A DNA stretch of 64,000 bases from positions 431,159 to 495,158 of the forward strand of contig CP179887.1 of NCBI GenBank assembly GCA_047456295.1. The letters are read 5' to 3'. Shown here one piece after another: positions 8,895-19,317 of the stretch. Position 1 is the first letter of the stretch. Each line of letters opens with the position of its first letter. A program made the position numbers and the translations under genes. The DNA comes from Candidatus Nealsonbacteria bacterium (GTDB lineage Bacteria > Patescibacteriota > Minisyncoccia > Minisyncoccales > JANBVM01). Below the pieces are notes generated by a model. It saw nothing but the letters and a program-made list of their open reading frames with translations, was not told the DNA's origin and ran no database searches.

Positions 8895-8945
8895 TTTACA
8901 GAAAGAAGAAATTCAAAAAACCAAACTCTTTTTTAAAAAAGTGTT

Positions 8946-9137
8946 TCATTTTTTCAATTTTAAAATTTCCTCTATTGGATAATTAGGAGATTTTCTTTTT
9001 ATCTTTTCAATGATTTTTTTCTTTTTTTCTTTGGTTTTTGCTGCCAAATATTCTTTTTTTAGCTTTTTGACTTTCTCCTTTCTTTTTCGCTTAATTTTTA
9101 TCTTAAACCGTCTCCTCTTTACAGAAATTTTGCTCAT
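8946..9137 (-). CDS. Small lysine-rich basic protein, function unknown
   Basis: 63-aa ORF, more than half K/R, tightly packed between neighbours. Confidence 0.4.
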   Translation of the reverse strand: MSKISVKRRRFKIKIKRKRKEKVKKLKKEYLAAKTKEKKKKIIEKIKRKSPNYPIEEILKLKK

Positions 9138-9171
9138 ATTATCTCTTAATTAATTTTTTGTCTCGACTTTT

Positions 9172-10131
9172 TTAAACATTATCTTTTATTCTTGAAAATC
9201 TAGTCAACCCAGAACAAGAAACAATTTCAATACCTCTTTTCTCAAGCTCATCTAAAAACAAATTAACGCCTAAAGAATCAGAACTCATATGTCCTGCAAT
9301 CACCACGTTTAAATTGGCAGCTTCAGCTTCTTTTTTATGCTCCTCTGAAATATGCATTCCAATAATGGTGCCGATACCTGCTATTGCCATTTTTTCGTAA
9401 AGCTTTGGTGAGCCTTCAGTCCCTCCGGTTATTTCAGTAAGGGCTATCTTACCGCAACGGTTTTCTTTATTTCCCACGAAAATCTTGGGCCCCACACCAA
9501 GCTTCATTGCCTCTTTATATTCTGGAATCTGTTCCAAAAACTCTATTAAATCCTCAAGCCTCATCAAGCCATTTTCTTTTGTAATCTTTTCTCTAAGAAA
9601 TTTTGCTGCCAGGTTGTCACAGGCAGTATGAAGACACATTAAGTTAAATCCCAACAGTTTGGCTGCATCAACCGTCCTTTGATGATTGAATCTGTTCGTT
9701 CCCCTGGCCACCTCTGAGATTCTTTCTCTCATCAAACCCTCAGCAACATTTATGGGCACTCCATACTGATTTAAAACATCGCACTGAAGCTCCATTACCT
9801 CGTGTAAATTAGCTAAAGCCTTTCCCAAAGGATGGTGAGAAATAATTAAATCAATATTGCCTATTTCTTTGGCCAATAAGATTTCAGCAGGATCAATATC
9901 AATTCCAACCAAAACCCTTTTTATCTCTTTGTCCTCTGATATATTTAAGATTCTTGAATCCAAATAAGGATTTTTTAAGGATTCTATATCAAAGTGTTTT
10001 TTCTCTTCCTCTGACATCTTTTCGTACTTTTTCTGTTTTCTTTTCAAAAAACCCTCTACCCCCTGCCTTTTCCTGAAATCAGCTTCTATTGCTTTTTGTA
10101 TTGCTATATTGTAAATCTCTTTGGTTTTCAT
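9172..10131 (-). CDS. NIF3 (Nif3/DUF34) family dinuclear-metal protein
   Basis: DLIISHHPL, LHTACDN and a C-terminal AGHMSSD segment resemble the NIF3/YbgI family. Confidence 0.6.
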   Translation of the reverse strand: MKTKEIYNIAIQKAIEADFRKRQGVEGFLKRKQKKYEKMSEEEKKHFDIESLKNPYLDSRILNISEDKEIKRVLVGIDIDPAEILLAKEIGNIDLIISHHPLGKALANLHEVMELQCDVLNQYGVPINVAEGLMRERISEVARGTNRFNHQRTVDAAKLLGFNLMCLHTACDNLAAKFLREKITKENGLMRLEDLIEFLEQIPEYKEAMKLGVGPKIFVGNKENRCGKIALTEITGGTEGSPKLYEKMAIAGIGTIIGMHISEEHKKEAEAANLNVVIAGHMSSDSLGVNLFLDELEKRGIEIVSCSGLTRFSRIKDNV

Positions 10132-10310
10132 TTTTTCTCACTGATATTAGAGTTTTTCTTAATAATGTATCTTTTGAAAATCTTCTGATATAGCTGTTCA
10201 ATTAATTTTTCCTGTTCTTTCAAATCCCAAACCTCTCGGCGAATCCGAGCCTTTTCCCGACGAACATATTTGCGTAATGATTTTGGTAATCTTTTTCTCT
10301 CCATAACCAA
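10128..10310 (-). CDS. Small basic protein, function unknown
   Basis: 60-aa R/K-rich ORF with a 4-nt overlap to the downstream NIF3 gene. Confidence 0.35.
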   Translation of the reverse strand: MVMERKRLPKSLRKYVRREKARIRREVWDLKEQEKLIEQLYQKIFKRYIIKKNSNISEKK

Positions 10311-10398
10311 AAAATAATTTAACCGTGTAACAATTTAATAGTTTTCTCATTTTAATTCAAAGAATCAAGGTTCTGAAACGCAAAGCGTTTCATGGTTC

Positions 10399-13374
10399 TT
10401 ATTCTCCCTTAATGACGGCTAAAGGCACTAATCTTGCAACTTTTTTGGACAATCCAGCATTATGGACTACTTGTACCACATTATCAATATCTTTGTAAGC
10501 AATAGGGGCTTCCTCAGCAATTCCTCTTGGGCTCCAGCATTTAATGATAATTCCTTTTTGTTCCAATCTCTTTATCACTTCTTGTCCAGAAATTCTTCTT
10601 GTTGCCTCTCTTCTTGACATTGTCCTGCCAGCTCCATGATTTACTGTATACCAAGCCTCCTTAGATTTTTCTGTTCCTGCTAAAACATAAGAGGCAGTTC
10701 CCATTGACCCTGGAATCAAAACTGGTTGACCAACCCCTCGATATTTTTCTGGAATCTCGGGATGACCAGGAGGAAAAGCCCGGGTTGCTCCCTTCCGATG
10801 GACAATTAATTTCATTTTTTCTCCATTAACTTCGTGCTCTTCGATTTTAGCAATATTATGGGCAACATCATAAAGCAGCTTAAGATTCTCTTTTTCTCCC
10901 AATATCTTCTTCCAAACCTTTTTTATATAAAAAGCCATCATGTGTCTGTTCGCCCAAGCATAATTACATGCTGCACACATGGCCTTGAAAAATCTTTGAC
11001 CTTCTGGAGAGTTAAATGGTACACAGGCTAATTCTCTATCTGGCAGTCTTATTCCATATCTTGGCAAAGCTTGCATTACTACTCTTAAATAATCAGTACA
11101 ATTTTGATGTCCAAGACCCCTTGAACCACTATGAATCATTACTACTACTTGGTCTTTAAATAATCCAAAAGATTGAGCAACTTTCTCATCGAAAATCTCT
11201 TCTACTTTTTGTATTTCACAAAAATGATTGCCTGATCCGAGGGTCCCAACCTGGTTTCTCCCTCTATTCTTAGCTCTCTCAGAAACACAGGAAGCATCGG
11301 CTTGTTCCATTTTCCCCTTTTCTTCACAATTTTCAATATCTTCCTCCTCTCCGTAGCCCTGCCTTACTAATTCAGGCACTCCGCCCTCTAAAATTTTATT
11401 GACTTGATTGATTGAAAGCTTTATTTGCCTCCCCTTTCCCAATCCTGAAGGAATTTCTTTTTGGATTTCAGTAGCTAAATTTTCTAAACGAGCTTTTATT
11501 TCTTTTTCAGTGTGATTTGATTTTAATAATCTAACGCCGCAGTTTGAAACCACAAAATTATTAGCTACAAAATTATGATCTGGATGATTTACAGTAAAGT
11601 CGTAAACTAAACCTGCATAAGGAATCTTCTCAATTCTTTCTATTTTTTCCCAAACTAATCCCTGATTTTTATAAACGTGTTTTCTCTTGTATTCCTTAAA
11701 GGAAGGGAAGTTAAAAGCAATCCGAGGATTCCCGCGTTTCTTTTGGATTCCCCATCTATTTTCTTTAAAAAGAGAGTGGTAAAGGAATTGAGGAGGCGTA
11801 TATTTGTCACTATACTTTCTTATTAATTTTTTAAAATCGCCTTTCTTCTTATAGGCATTTCTTATTCCTTTTCTTGCTTGAGTTCTAAGAGTAACAACTT
11901 TTAATTTCCTTCTTAAGTAATTAGCTGCCAAACAAGCTTCTTTTTGTTTTCTTCGATTATATTCATACCCAATGGTCTCAAAAAGCTTAATGACATTCTC
12001 TGCATTTTCCTTTATCTGTAATCTAAAACCTGTTGTATTCCCTAATTTTCCCTTGTATCGATAGCCAGGCACCTCCTTAATTTGAGATGTCTGAATATTA
12101 AACTCTTTTAAGAGCTTAACGATGTCCTTTAAGAATAGCTTTGCATTTTCTTTCAATCTTTCCGACTTATTCATATTTAATGTGGGAGCATAAAAGTTGT
12201 ATTTATTCAGGGTCGATGGGGCTGAAAGCTCTGCTCCAAAAAAGGAAGCTAAAAACAATCTTTTTTGCCATAAAGGGCAATTAAAAATCCATTTCGGAAT
12301 TCGATAGGCCTGGTGAGCCTTTAATCCATAGGGAGTGCCTAAAGCTATTAAAAGAGAAGCTAAACTCGCTGAGCCATTTTTAATCACATATTCAGTTCTT
12401 GAAAATTCATAAGTTCTATAGAAAGTAGTGATTGAGTGATCCCTTTTTCTAGAATAAATCCGAGATGGTTTAAACCCTAATTTCGAAATATCTTTCTGAA
12501 TTTCTCTTAAATCTTCTGGATCTCCATAAAACTGAATTTGGGCATTTTTACTAAAACTTATTGATCCATCACCAAAAATATAGCCTATTATCCTTAAAAT
12601 AGACGGCAAAAAAGAGGAATTATAAGATAAAGGTAAAAGGTTTCGAGATTTCAGTTGGTTTAGAATTTGAGTAATTGCATGACCTGGCTCATTAATTCTT
12701 CCTAGTTTTACTAAAACTTTTTTTAGATGTTCTTCGTCTAAAAGTATCTTTTTAGACGATTCTTCGTATTTCACGCCCTTAAATGGATAAATTAAAACTT
12801 CGTCACGACTATTCAAAAACCTCATTTCTTTCATGCCTTCTTTGGTTTGTATTGGATGGTTTCCAGTAGCTTTAATTTTCTCTCCGGCTTCGGTAACAAT
12901 TTGATAAATGGTTGGATTATTATATCTTTTGAAAAAATGTATTATTGGAACATCGCTAATTTTTTTCTTTTCAAAATTTACAACTTTTACCTTTCTACTG
13001 TTCCAGGAATATCCAAGCTCTCTGATAGAAATGTAAGTTCCGTTTTCAAGTAAAACTTTACTGTCGGGAGGAAGGCAGTTCTCGTCGTAACCAACAAAAC
13101 CTGGGGAAATAATTCCTTCAGGAATTTTCATTGCACCCACACCACCAATAGGTGGCCCATAACCCGAGTGCAAATCAGGCATACCTACAGCATATTTTAC
13201 AATTCCAGGCAGAGTAGTTATATTAACTAACTGTTTTAGGGCATGGTTTTCAATATGGTCCAATATTTTTTCCGAAGCATAAATTCTAGCCGGAACCCTC
13301 ATGTCAGAACGAAAGCTTTTCGGGACTTCCCAAAGCCAATCTGATATTTTTTTGAAGTCTTGTTTTGATACCAT
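10399..13374 (-). CDS. rtcB: RNA ligase RtcB, interrupted by an intein
   Basis: Extein motifs MPDLHSGYG, GYDEN|CGVR (split), GSGNHF, HSGSRGLGH, NHGAGR. The joined exteins are about 479 aa. The ORF track starts at GTG 13428; ATG 13374 (MVSKQDFKKISDW) is likely. Confidence 0.9.
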   Translation of the reverse strand: MVSKQDFKKISDWLWEVPKSFRSDMRVPARIYASEKILDHIENHALKQLVNITTLPGIVKYAVGMPDLHSGYGPPIGGVGAMKIPEGIISPGFVGYDENCLPPDSKVLLENGTYISIRELGYSWNSRKVKVVNFEKKKISDVPIIHFFKRYNNPTIYQIVTEAGEKIKATGNHPIQTKEGMKEMRFLNSRDEVLIYPFKGVKYEESSKKILLDEEHLKKVLVKLGRINEPGHAITQILNQLKSRNLLPLSYNSSFLPSILRIIGYIFGDGSISFSKNAQIQFYGDPEDLREIQKDISKLGFKPSRIYSRKRDHSITTFYRTYEFSRTEYVIKNGSASLASLLIALGTPYGLKAHQAYRIPKWIFNCPLWQKRLFLASFFGAELSAPSTLNKYNFYAPTLNMNKSERLKENAKLFLKDIVKLLKEFNIQTSQIKEVPGYRYKGKLGNTTGFRLQIKENAENVIKLFETIGYEYNRRKQKEACLAANYLRRKLKVVTLRTQARKGIRNAYKKKGDFKKLIRKYSDKYTPPQFLYHSLFKENRWGIQKKRGNPRIAFNFPSFKEYKRKHVYKNQGLVWEKIERIEKIPYAGLVYDFTVNHPDHNFVANNFVVSNCGVRLLKSNHTEKEIKARLENLATEIQKEIPSGLGKGRQIKLSINQVNKILEGGVPELVRQGYGEEEDIENCEEKGKMEQADASCVSERAKNRGRNQVGTLGSGNHFCEIQKVEEIFDEKVAQSFGLFKDQVVVMIHSGSRGLGHQNCTDYLRVVMQALPRYGIRLPDRELACVPFNSPEGQRFFKAMCAACNYAWANRHMMAFYIKKVWKKILGEKENLKLLYDVAHNIAKIEEHEVNGEKMKLIVHRKGATRAFPPGHPEIPEKYRGVGQPVLIPGSMGTASYVLAGTEKSKEAWYTVNHGAGRTMSRREATRRISGQEVIKRLEQKGIIIKCWSPRGIAEEAPIAYKDIDNVVQVVHNAGLSKKVARLVPLAVIKGE
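11542..13077 (-). mobile_element. Intein with LAGLIDADG homing endonuclease, in RtcB
   Basis: 512 aa. Cys1 (codon 13077..13075) begins CLPPDSKVLLENG. Block B is ATGNHPI. LAGLIDADG-like motifs are IIGYIFGDGSI and ASFFGAELSAP. It ends FVVSN|C (Asn codon 11544..11542, +1 Cys 11541..11539). Confidence 0.9.
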
Positions 13375-13460
13375 ATCTATGTATTTTATCTTAAATTTAA
13401 GGAAAATTAAAGAGGTGCCACAAGACACACTCTTTTTAATTTATGTTCAGAAAAGAAATC

Positions 13461-13868
13461 TCAAATATCAAATATCACGGTCACCTCCCAGACTCCATCT
13501 CTTCCTTGATGAATATCTATTTCGTGATAAGTCACTCCTTTAATATCTTCTTTGAATCTTTCTATTTTTTGACCAATCAGTTCTCCTTCAATTTCAGTAT
13601 CAGTAAAGCTTTTAAATTTTACATTATTATAAATTTCCTTATTGATTTGAGTTAAATATAAAGCCTCGCTTAAAAAGTCAACCAAAAGAGTTTCTAAACC
13701 AATTGATTTTATTCTTATTTTCCTAACCTTTCTTTGTTTACTTTTAACTTCAGGTTGAAGAATGCTTGCCATCCCCTTTAACATATTCAAAAAAAGCTCT
13801 TTTTTATCTTTTCCAAAAGCTTTGACCTTAACATCAGCCGTATGTTCAAGGATTTGATATTTTTCCAT
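13461..13868 (-). CDS. Archease (RtcB activator)
   Basis: 135 aa. N-terminal YQILEHTADVKVKAFG and C-terminal VTYHEIDI are typical of archease. It lies directly upstream of rtcB. Confidence 0.85.
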   Translation of the reverse strand: MEKYQILEHTADVKVKAFGKDKKELFLNMLKGMASILQPEVKSKQRKVRKIRIKSIGLETLLVDFLSEALYLTQINKEIYNNVKFKSFTDTEIEGELIGQKIERFKEDIKGVTYHEIDIHQGRDGVWEVTVIFDI

Positions 13869-13878
13869 AATTTAATGG

Positions 13879-15174
13879 TTAACCTAATTTCTCAAATTCC
13901 TCCCTAACCACTTCTCTGTCATCCCAGGGCATCTTCTTGTCTTTTGATATAAATATACAGGGTTCACATCCTTTACCTGTAATCACTACCACGTCTCCTG
14001 TTCTGGCACTCCTTAAAGAGTTTCTAATTGCCTCTCTCCTATCTAATATTTTTTTTGCCCTTGAACCTGCTCCTCCTGCCACCTGATTTATAATATCCAT
14101 TGGGTCTTCGTCATGAGGATCTTCATTGGTAACAATAACATCACTGCAATATTTTGCTGCCAATTCTCCTAAAACAGGCCTCTTCCATTTATCCCTTCCT
14201 CCGCCTGAAGCACCTAAAACACATATCAATTTTTTAGGATTAAAATTGTTTTTAATTGTCTGATAAACCTTTTCTAAAGCATTGGGGGTAACGGCGTAAT
14301 CAACAATTACTTTAAAAGGTTCTGAAATTACCATCTCCATCCTGCCTGGCATTCCCTTAATCTTCTCTAAAGCATTTTTACAGGTTTCAAGGTCAATATC
14401 CTGGGACAAACCAACACAAATTGCTGCTAGGGCATTGTAGATATTAAAATCACCAAGGAGTTTAATATCAAACACAATATCATCAATCTTAAAAGTGATA
14501 CCTCTTGTATCTGTTTTATAATCAGAAACTATTATTTTATGGTTTAAGGATTTATCATCAGCTCCTGTTTGTTGTAGCTTAATTGATAAACCATAACCAT
14601 ATTTTTTATCAGCCCTGAAATTCAAAAAATAGTCTATATTTTTATCGTCCAGATTTAGAACATGGATATCTTTGACAGCTTGAAAAAGCTTTCCTTTAGC
14701 CTGACGATATTTTTCAAAAGAACCATGGGCTTCAATATGTTCTGGGGTCAAATTGGTAAATACAGCTATATTAAAATCAATAAACCTGTGTCTGTGCTGT
14801 TTTATCCCTTCTGAACTCACTTCCAAGACTACATATTGACAACCTTTATTCAAAGCCTGTCTTAAAAATCTCTGTAATTTAAAGCGACCAGGCATTGTCA
14901 TTCTCAAGACATTTTCTTCTTCTTTTTTGCCAATCTTTAATTCTATTGAAGAAAAAGAAGCAATCTTATACCCTCCTTGTTCCAGAATCTTAGAAATCAT
15001 TTTAACCACTGTTGTCTTTCCATTGGTTCCTGTTACCCCAATTATCTTCATTTTTTTTGATGGAAATCGATAGATAAAAGCCCCCAAAAAAGCCAAGAAA
15101 AAATGGTACCAGCTTATCAAAAAACAAGGAAGGATTTTCTTTATTAATTTTTTAAATCTATTTAACATCTCCAT
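13879..15174 (-). CDS. Mur ligase family protein (MurE-like)
   Basis: P-loop IGVTGTNGKTT, central and C-terminal Mur-ligase-like segments (DYAVTP, NEDP). There is an N-terminal hydrophobic segment instead of a typical MurE N-domain. Confidence 0.7.
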   Translation of the reverse strand: MEMLNRFKKLIKKILPCFLISWYHFFLAFLGAFIYRFPSKKMKIIGVTGTNGKTTVVKMISKILEQGGYKIASFSSIELKIGKKEEENVLRMTMPGRFKLQRFLRQALNKGCQYVVLEVSSEGIKQHRHRFIDFNIAVFTNLTPEHIEAHGSFEKYRQAKGKLFQAVKDIHVLNLDDKNIDYFLNFRADKKYGYGLSIKLQQTGADDKSLNHKIIVSDYKTDTRGITFKIDDIVFDIKLLGDFNIYNALAAICVGLSQDIDLETCKNALEKIKGMPGRMEMVISEPFKVIVDYAVTPNALEKVYQTIKNNFNPKKLICVLGASGGGRDKWKRPVLGELAAKYCSDVIVTNEDPHDEDPMDIINQVAGGAGSRAKKILDRREAIRNSLRSARTGDVVVITGKGCEPCIFISKDKKMPWDDREVVREEFEKLG

Positions 15175-15240
15175 TATTAATTTTATTTTAATTTAACCTT
15201 GAAAAAAGAGGTTGTTTGAGTTAAACATAAACCAGATTAT

Positions 15241-17196
15241 ATGTTTAAATCAATAACAAAATTTAAACCTACTGGTGATCAACCCAAGGCAATTGAATCT
15301 TTGAGTAAAAATTTAAAAAAAGGAGTGAAACACCAGATTTTATTAGGAGTAACAGGGTCTGGAAAAACAGCTACCATGGGCTGGGTAATAGAAAGGGTTC
15401 AAAGACCCACTCTTATTATCAGCCCAAATAAGACATTGTGCGCTCAACTATTTCAGGAATTTAAAGAATTCTTCCCTAAAAACGCTGTCCATTACTTTGT
15501 TTCTTACTATGATTATTATCAACCAGAAGCTTACATCCCTCAGACCGATACCTATATCCAAAAAGATGCCAAGATAAACAAGGAGCTTGACAGACTAAGA
15601 CATGCAGCTGTCCAGGATTTAATGGTGAGAAAAGACGTCATTGTCATAGCTTCTGTCTCCTGTATTTATAATATAGGTTCACCAAAAATTTATCAAAAAG
15701 TTTCTCTTCAAATCAAGCAGGGCCAGAAAATAAAAAGAGGCAAATTGATATCCCATTTAACTTCTTTACAGTATCAAAGAAATGATATTGATTTCAAACC
15801 AGGGAGCTTCAGGGTAAGGGGAAACGTAATTGATGTTTATTTAATCACCGGCAAACAAATTTTAAGAATAGAATTCCTTTCAGACAGGATTGAAAAACTT
15901 TTAATTGGAGAAGCTGATTTTAATCCCCAATATAAACTAATAACCCATAACTACAGACTATTTCCTGCTTATTTCTGGGTCACTCCTCAGGAAAGCTTGA
16001 ATATTGCCACAGGGAATATACGCCTTGAGCTCCAAGAACAGTTAGAAAAATTAAAAAACCAAAAAAAATTACTAGAAGTCCAGAGGTTAAAACAAAGAAC
16101 AAACTATGATTTGGAAATGTTAAAAGAAACAGGGTTCTGTCATGGAATTGAAAATTATTCAAGACATCTGGAATTCAGAAAACCAGGCAAACCGCCGTTT
16201 AGTTTGATAAACTACTTTCCAAAAGATTTCCTTGTCTTTATTGATGAATCTCACCAGACCTTACCCCAGCTCCATGCCATGGCAATCCAGGACAGGGCGA
16301 GAAAAAACACCCTAATTGAACATGGTTTCCGTCTCCCGTCAGCTATTGACAACCGTCCCCTAACCTTTGAAGAGTTTGAAAAAAGAATAAACCAGGTGGT
16401 CTATGTGTCTGCTACTCCGGGAAAGCAGGAAAAGAGAAAAACCATTTATCAGAATCAAGGGAAAAATGGTAAAAAATACATTGTAGAACAGCTAATCAGG
16501 CCAACTGGATTATTGGAGCCATCAATTAAGGTTCAACCAACAAAAAACCAGGCGAACAACCTGGTTTCAGAAATTAAAAAAAGGATTAACAAAAAACAAC
16601 GGGTCTTAGCTATCACCTTAACAAAGAGATTGAGTGAAGCCCTGTCTGATTATTTGATTGAAAAAGGAATATCCTGCCAGTGGCTCCACTCAGAAATAAA
16701 AACCCTGAAAAGGCCCCAGATCCTTAAAGAGTTAAGGCTGGGAAAATATGACGTGCTGGTCGGAATAAACCTTTTAAGAGAGGGTCTGGACCTGCCCGAG
16801 GTCTCCCTGGTAGCTATTTTAGATGCTGACAAAGAAGGCTTTTTAAGGTCAGAAACAACCTTAATTCAGACCATGGGAAGAGCATCCAGACACACTGAAG
16901 GTCACATAATCTTATACGCAGACAAAATTACAAAATCAATGGAAGGGGCAATAAGAGAGATAAAAAGGAGAAGAGAAATCCAAACAGAGTATAATAAAAT
17001 CCATCATATTGTTCCAAAACAGATTGTAAAAAAGATAAGAAACTGGCCTTTTGTCTCTAAAAAGAAAGAGATTTCAACTGAATTTTGGATGATTAAAGAC
17101 AAAAAACTCTTGGAAAAAGAGATGAAAAAGGCTGCCAAGAACCTGGATTTTGAAAGAGCAGCTGAAATCAGGGACTTGATAAATAAACTAAAATAA
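15241..17196 (+). CDS. uvrB: Excinuclease ABC subunit B
   Basis: GVTGSGKT, beta-hairpin region YYDYYQPEAY, DESH box, helicase motifs, and a C-terminal UVR domain (AAKNLDFERAAEIRD). Confidence 0.95.
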   Translation: MFKSITKFKPTGDQPKAIESLSKNLKKGVKHQILLGVTGSGKTATMGWVIERVQRPTLIISPNKTLCAQLFQEFKEFFPKNAVHYFVSYYDYYQPEAYIPQTDTYIQKDAKINKELDRLRHAAVQDLMVRKDVIVIASVSCIYNIGSPKIYQKVSLQIKQGQKIKRGKLISHLTSLQYQRNDIDFKPGSFRVRGNVIDVYLITGKQILRIEFLSDRIEKLLIGEADFNPQYKLITHNYRLFPAYFWVTPQESLNIATGNIRLELQEQLEKLKNQKKLLEVQRLKQRTNYDLEMLKETGFCHGIENYSRHLEFRKPGKPPFSLINYFPKDFLVFIDESHQTLPQLHAMAIQDRARKNTLIEHGFRLPSAIDNRPLTFEEFEKRINQVVYVSATPGKQEKRKTIYQNQGKNGKKYIVEQLIRPTGLLEPSIKVQPTKNQANNLVSEIKKRINKKQRVLAITLTKRLSEALSDYLIEKGISCQWLHSEIKTLKRPQILKELRLGKYDVLVGINLLREGLDLPEVSLVAILDADKEGFLRSETTLIQTMGRASRHTEGHIILYADKITKSMEGAIREIKRRREIQTEYNKIHHIVPKQIVKKIRNWPFVSKKKEISTEFWMIKDKKLLEKEMKKAAKNLDFERAAEIRDLINKLK

Positions 17197-17221
17197 TTTA
17201 AGATACATTTATTAAAACAAT

Positions 17222-17485
17222 ATGCCTATTACCACATCGGCTAAAAAAGCCCTCAGGCAAAGCAAAACAAGGAAAATAAGGAATACCAGAAGGAAAAAAG
17301 AAATGAAAAACCTTTTAAAAAAGGTTAAAGATTTGGTTTCTCAAAATAAAATAGAAGAGGTAAAAAAATTATTACCCAGGGTGTATAAAGTTTTAGACAA
17401 AGCGGCCAAAGCTGGATTAATCAAAAAAAACACGGCTGGAAGAAAAAAATCAAGAATAACAAAATCAATACTCAGGCCTCGGTAA
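17222..17485 (+). CDS. rpsT: Ribosomal protein S20
   Basis: 87 aa. SAKKALRQSKTRKIRNTRRK and KAAKAGLIKKNTAGRKKSR match the bS20 pattern. Confidence 0.85.
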   Translation: MPITTSAKKALRQSKTRKIRNTRRKKEMKNLLKKVKDLVSQNKIEEVKKLLPRVYKVLDKAAKAGLIKKNTAGRKKSRITKSILRPR

Positions 17486-18398
17486 TTAAAAGATCCAGGG
17501 CTGCTTCCGGCCCTATCCTGCCTGTCTTAACATTAAGGTCTACCCTAAAAATCTTTTGGTAGATTTTTTTTAATTCTAAGATTTCAAACTTTCTTGAAAG
17601 AGCACAACTTTTTTTAACAACAAAAGGATGTAATTTGGTTGAACCAAAAGGAGAAAGATTTCTTTCAATAAGGTCTTTTATAACCAGAAGGTTTCGGAAC
17701 TGGAAATTAATCATTGAAAACAAATAAAAAGGGCTGTCTCCTTTTTCCAAATGGGATTTTAATAAACTCAAGGCTCTTTTTTTGTCTCTTGAGGCTATGG
17801 CATCAATTGTTTTAAAAATATTGGGCTCAATCTTTGGTCTCACCAACAGTTCAATGTCTTTTTCCCTGATTTCCTGACCGTCTTTAAAACTAACCAGTTT
17901 ACTAATCTCATTTACCATCTGCCATAGATTATTATCAACAAAAGCAACAATTTTATCCAATGCCTGGTTATCAATCTTGGCCCCCAGGTTTTTAAATTCC
18001 ATCCTTGTCCATTTCTTAAGACTCTCACCTTTTAAGAGCTCGAATCTTTGAGATTTAGCCTGCTTTTTTAAAAAAACAAGTAAAGAGTCCTTTTTAGGGA
18101 TTTCATTCTCTTCATAAAACACCAATATGTTCTCTGAATTAACAAAAACCTTTGCTTTTTCCAAAAATTTCTTTTTAAATTCAGTATTGGAGAAAACATT
18201 GGTTAAGATTATCAGTTTTTTTTCTTTGAATATGGAAATCTGTTTTGTCTCGTCGTAAAAATCTGAAAAAATCAATCTATTACCATCAAGATATTTCAAG
18301 TTTAATCCGCTTTTACGAATTTTTTGATAACCCTTAATTATCTCGCTTAATTTCTGACGAGACCTATAAGTATCTGGACCGTAGAGAAAAATTATCAT
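17472..18398 (-). CDS. holA: DNA polymerase III delta subunit
   Basis: 308 aa. Its N-terminus (IIFLYGPDTY) and overall length and pattern fit HolA. Weakly conserved family. Confidence 0.65.
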   Translation of the reverse strand: MIIFLYGPDTYRSRQKLSEIIKGYQKIRKSGLNLKYLDGNRLIFSDFYDETKQISIFKEKKLIILTNVFSNTEFKKKFLEKAKVFVNSENILVFYEENEIPKKDSLLVFLKKQAKSQRFELLKGESLKKWTRMEFKNLGAKIDNQALDKIVAFVDNNLWQMVNEISKLVSFKDGQEIREKDIELLVRPKIEPNIFKTIDAIASRDKKRALSLLKSHLEKGDSPFYLFSMINFQFRNLLVIKDLIERNLSPFGSTKLHPFVVKKSCALSRKFEILELKKIYQKIFRVDLNVKTGRIGPEAALDLLITEA

Positions 18399-18422
18399 AA
18401 TAAGTATTGACCTGTTAATTTG

Positions 18423-19313
18423 TTAAGTTTTCAATCTTGGCATGGGTTGACATTTAGGACAAAAATAACTTGATCTCCCTCCAAGCTTCTTTCTTTTAAT
18501 TGCAGTCTTGCATCTCAAACACTTTCCTCCCTCTCTTTTATAAACCCTTGCCCATTCATTAAAATCACCTTTTGTGCCGTCGAGCCTTCTGAAATCAGAA
18601 AAGCTGTCTCCTTTTAGATTGATTCCCTTTTTTAAAATCTTCTTAATGGCCTTATAAATCTCCCTCATCTCTCTTTCCTTTAATTCTTTAACGTCTTTAA
18701 ATGGGTTCACTCTTGCCTCCCAAAGAATCTCACTTGAATAAATATTTCCAATTCCAGCAATATTTTTTTGATCCAGCAAAGCCTGTTTGATTCTTCCTTT
18801 TTTCTTCAAGATATCTTTAAATCTACCGAAGGTGAATTCTTTTTCCAGGGGTTCAGGACCCAAATCCTTAAATATCTTGGATGTCTCTAATTCATTTTTA
18901 TCCCAAAGTTCGATTTTGGCAAACTTTCTCAAGTCTGACAAAGCCAATTGTTCACCATTATCAAAAAAGAAGATTACGTGTAAAAACCTGTTTTTGGGGT
19001 CATCACGCAGGGAGCCGGGAATCTCAGAAACCCATTGTCCTTTTTCAAGTTTCCATTTCCCCAGCAATAAGTGACCTGTCATTTTTTGGTGAATCAAAAG
19101 GGTCTTATCATCAGACAGGTCAATGAGAATGTTCTTTCCCCTTCTTCTGATATTCTTAATCTTTTTTCTTTTTAATTCTTTCTTAAACTTTTCAAAGCTC
19201 TCTGGCTTTTTTATTATCTTGCTATCATCTGTCCAGACATCAATAAAGGTCCTCTTAAGGACCTTTGTTTTCAAATCTAAAACAGTTGTTTCTACCTCTG
19301 GCAACTCTGGCAT
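18423..19313 (-). CDS. mutM: Formamidopyrimidine-DNA glycosylase
   Basis: N-terminal MPELPEVET, H2TH region, and C-terminal zinc finger CLRC...CPKCQ. Confidence 0.9.
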   Translation of the reverse strand: MPELPEVETTVLDLKTKVLKRTFIDVWTDDSKIIKKPESFEKFKKELKRKKIKNIRRRGKNILIDLSDDKTLLIHQKMTGHLLLGKWKLEKGQWVSEIPGSLRDDPKNRFLHVIFFFDNGEQLALSDLRKFAKIELWDKNELETSKIFKDLGPEPLEKEFTFGRFKDILKKKGRIKQALLDQKNIAGIGNIYSSEILWEARVNPFKDVKELKEREMREIYKAIKKILKKGINLKGDSFSDFRRLDGTKGDFNEWARVYKREGGKCLRCKTAIKRKKLGGRSSYFCPKCQPMPRLKT

Positions 19314-19317
19314 AAAT

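Noticed and set aside
13375-13428. 18-codon N-terminal extension of RtcB from GTG 13428
   Set aside because: The extension (MSCGTSLIFLKFKIKYID) is not RtcB-like. Homolog-like sequence begins at ATG 13374. Neither start has a clear SD, so this remains uncertain.
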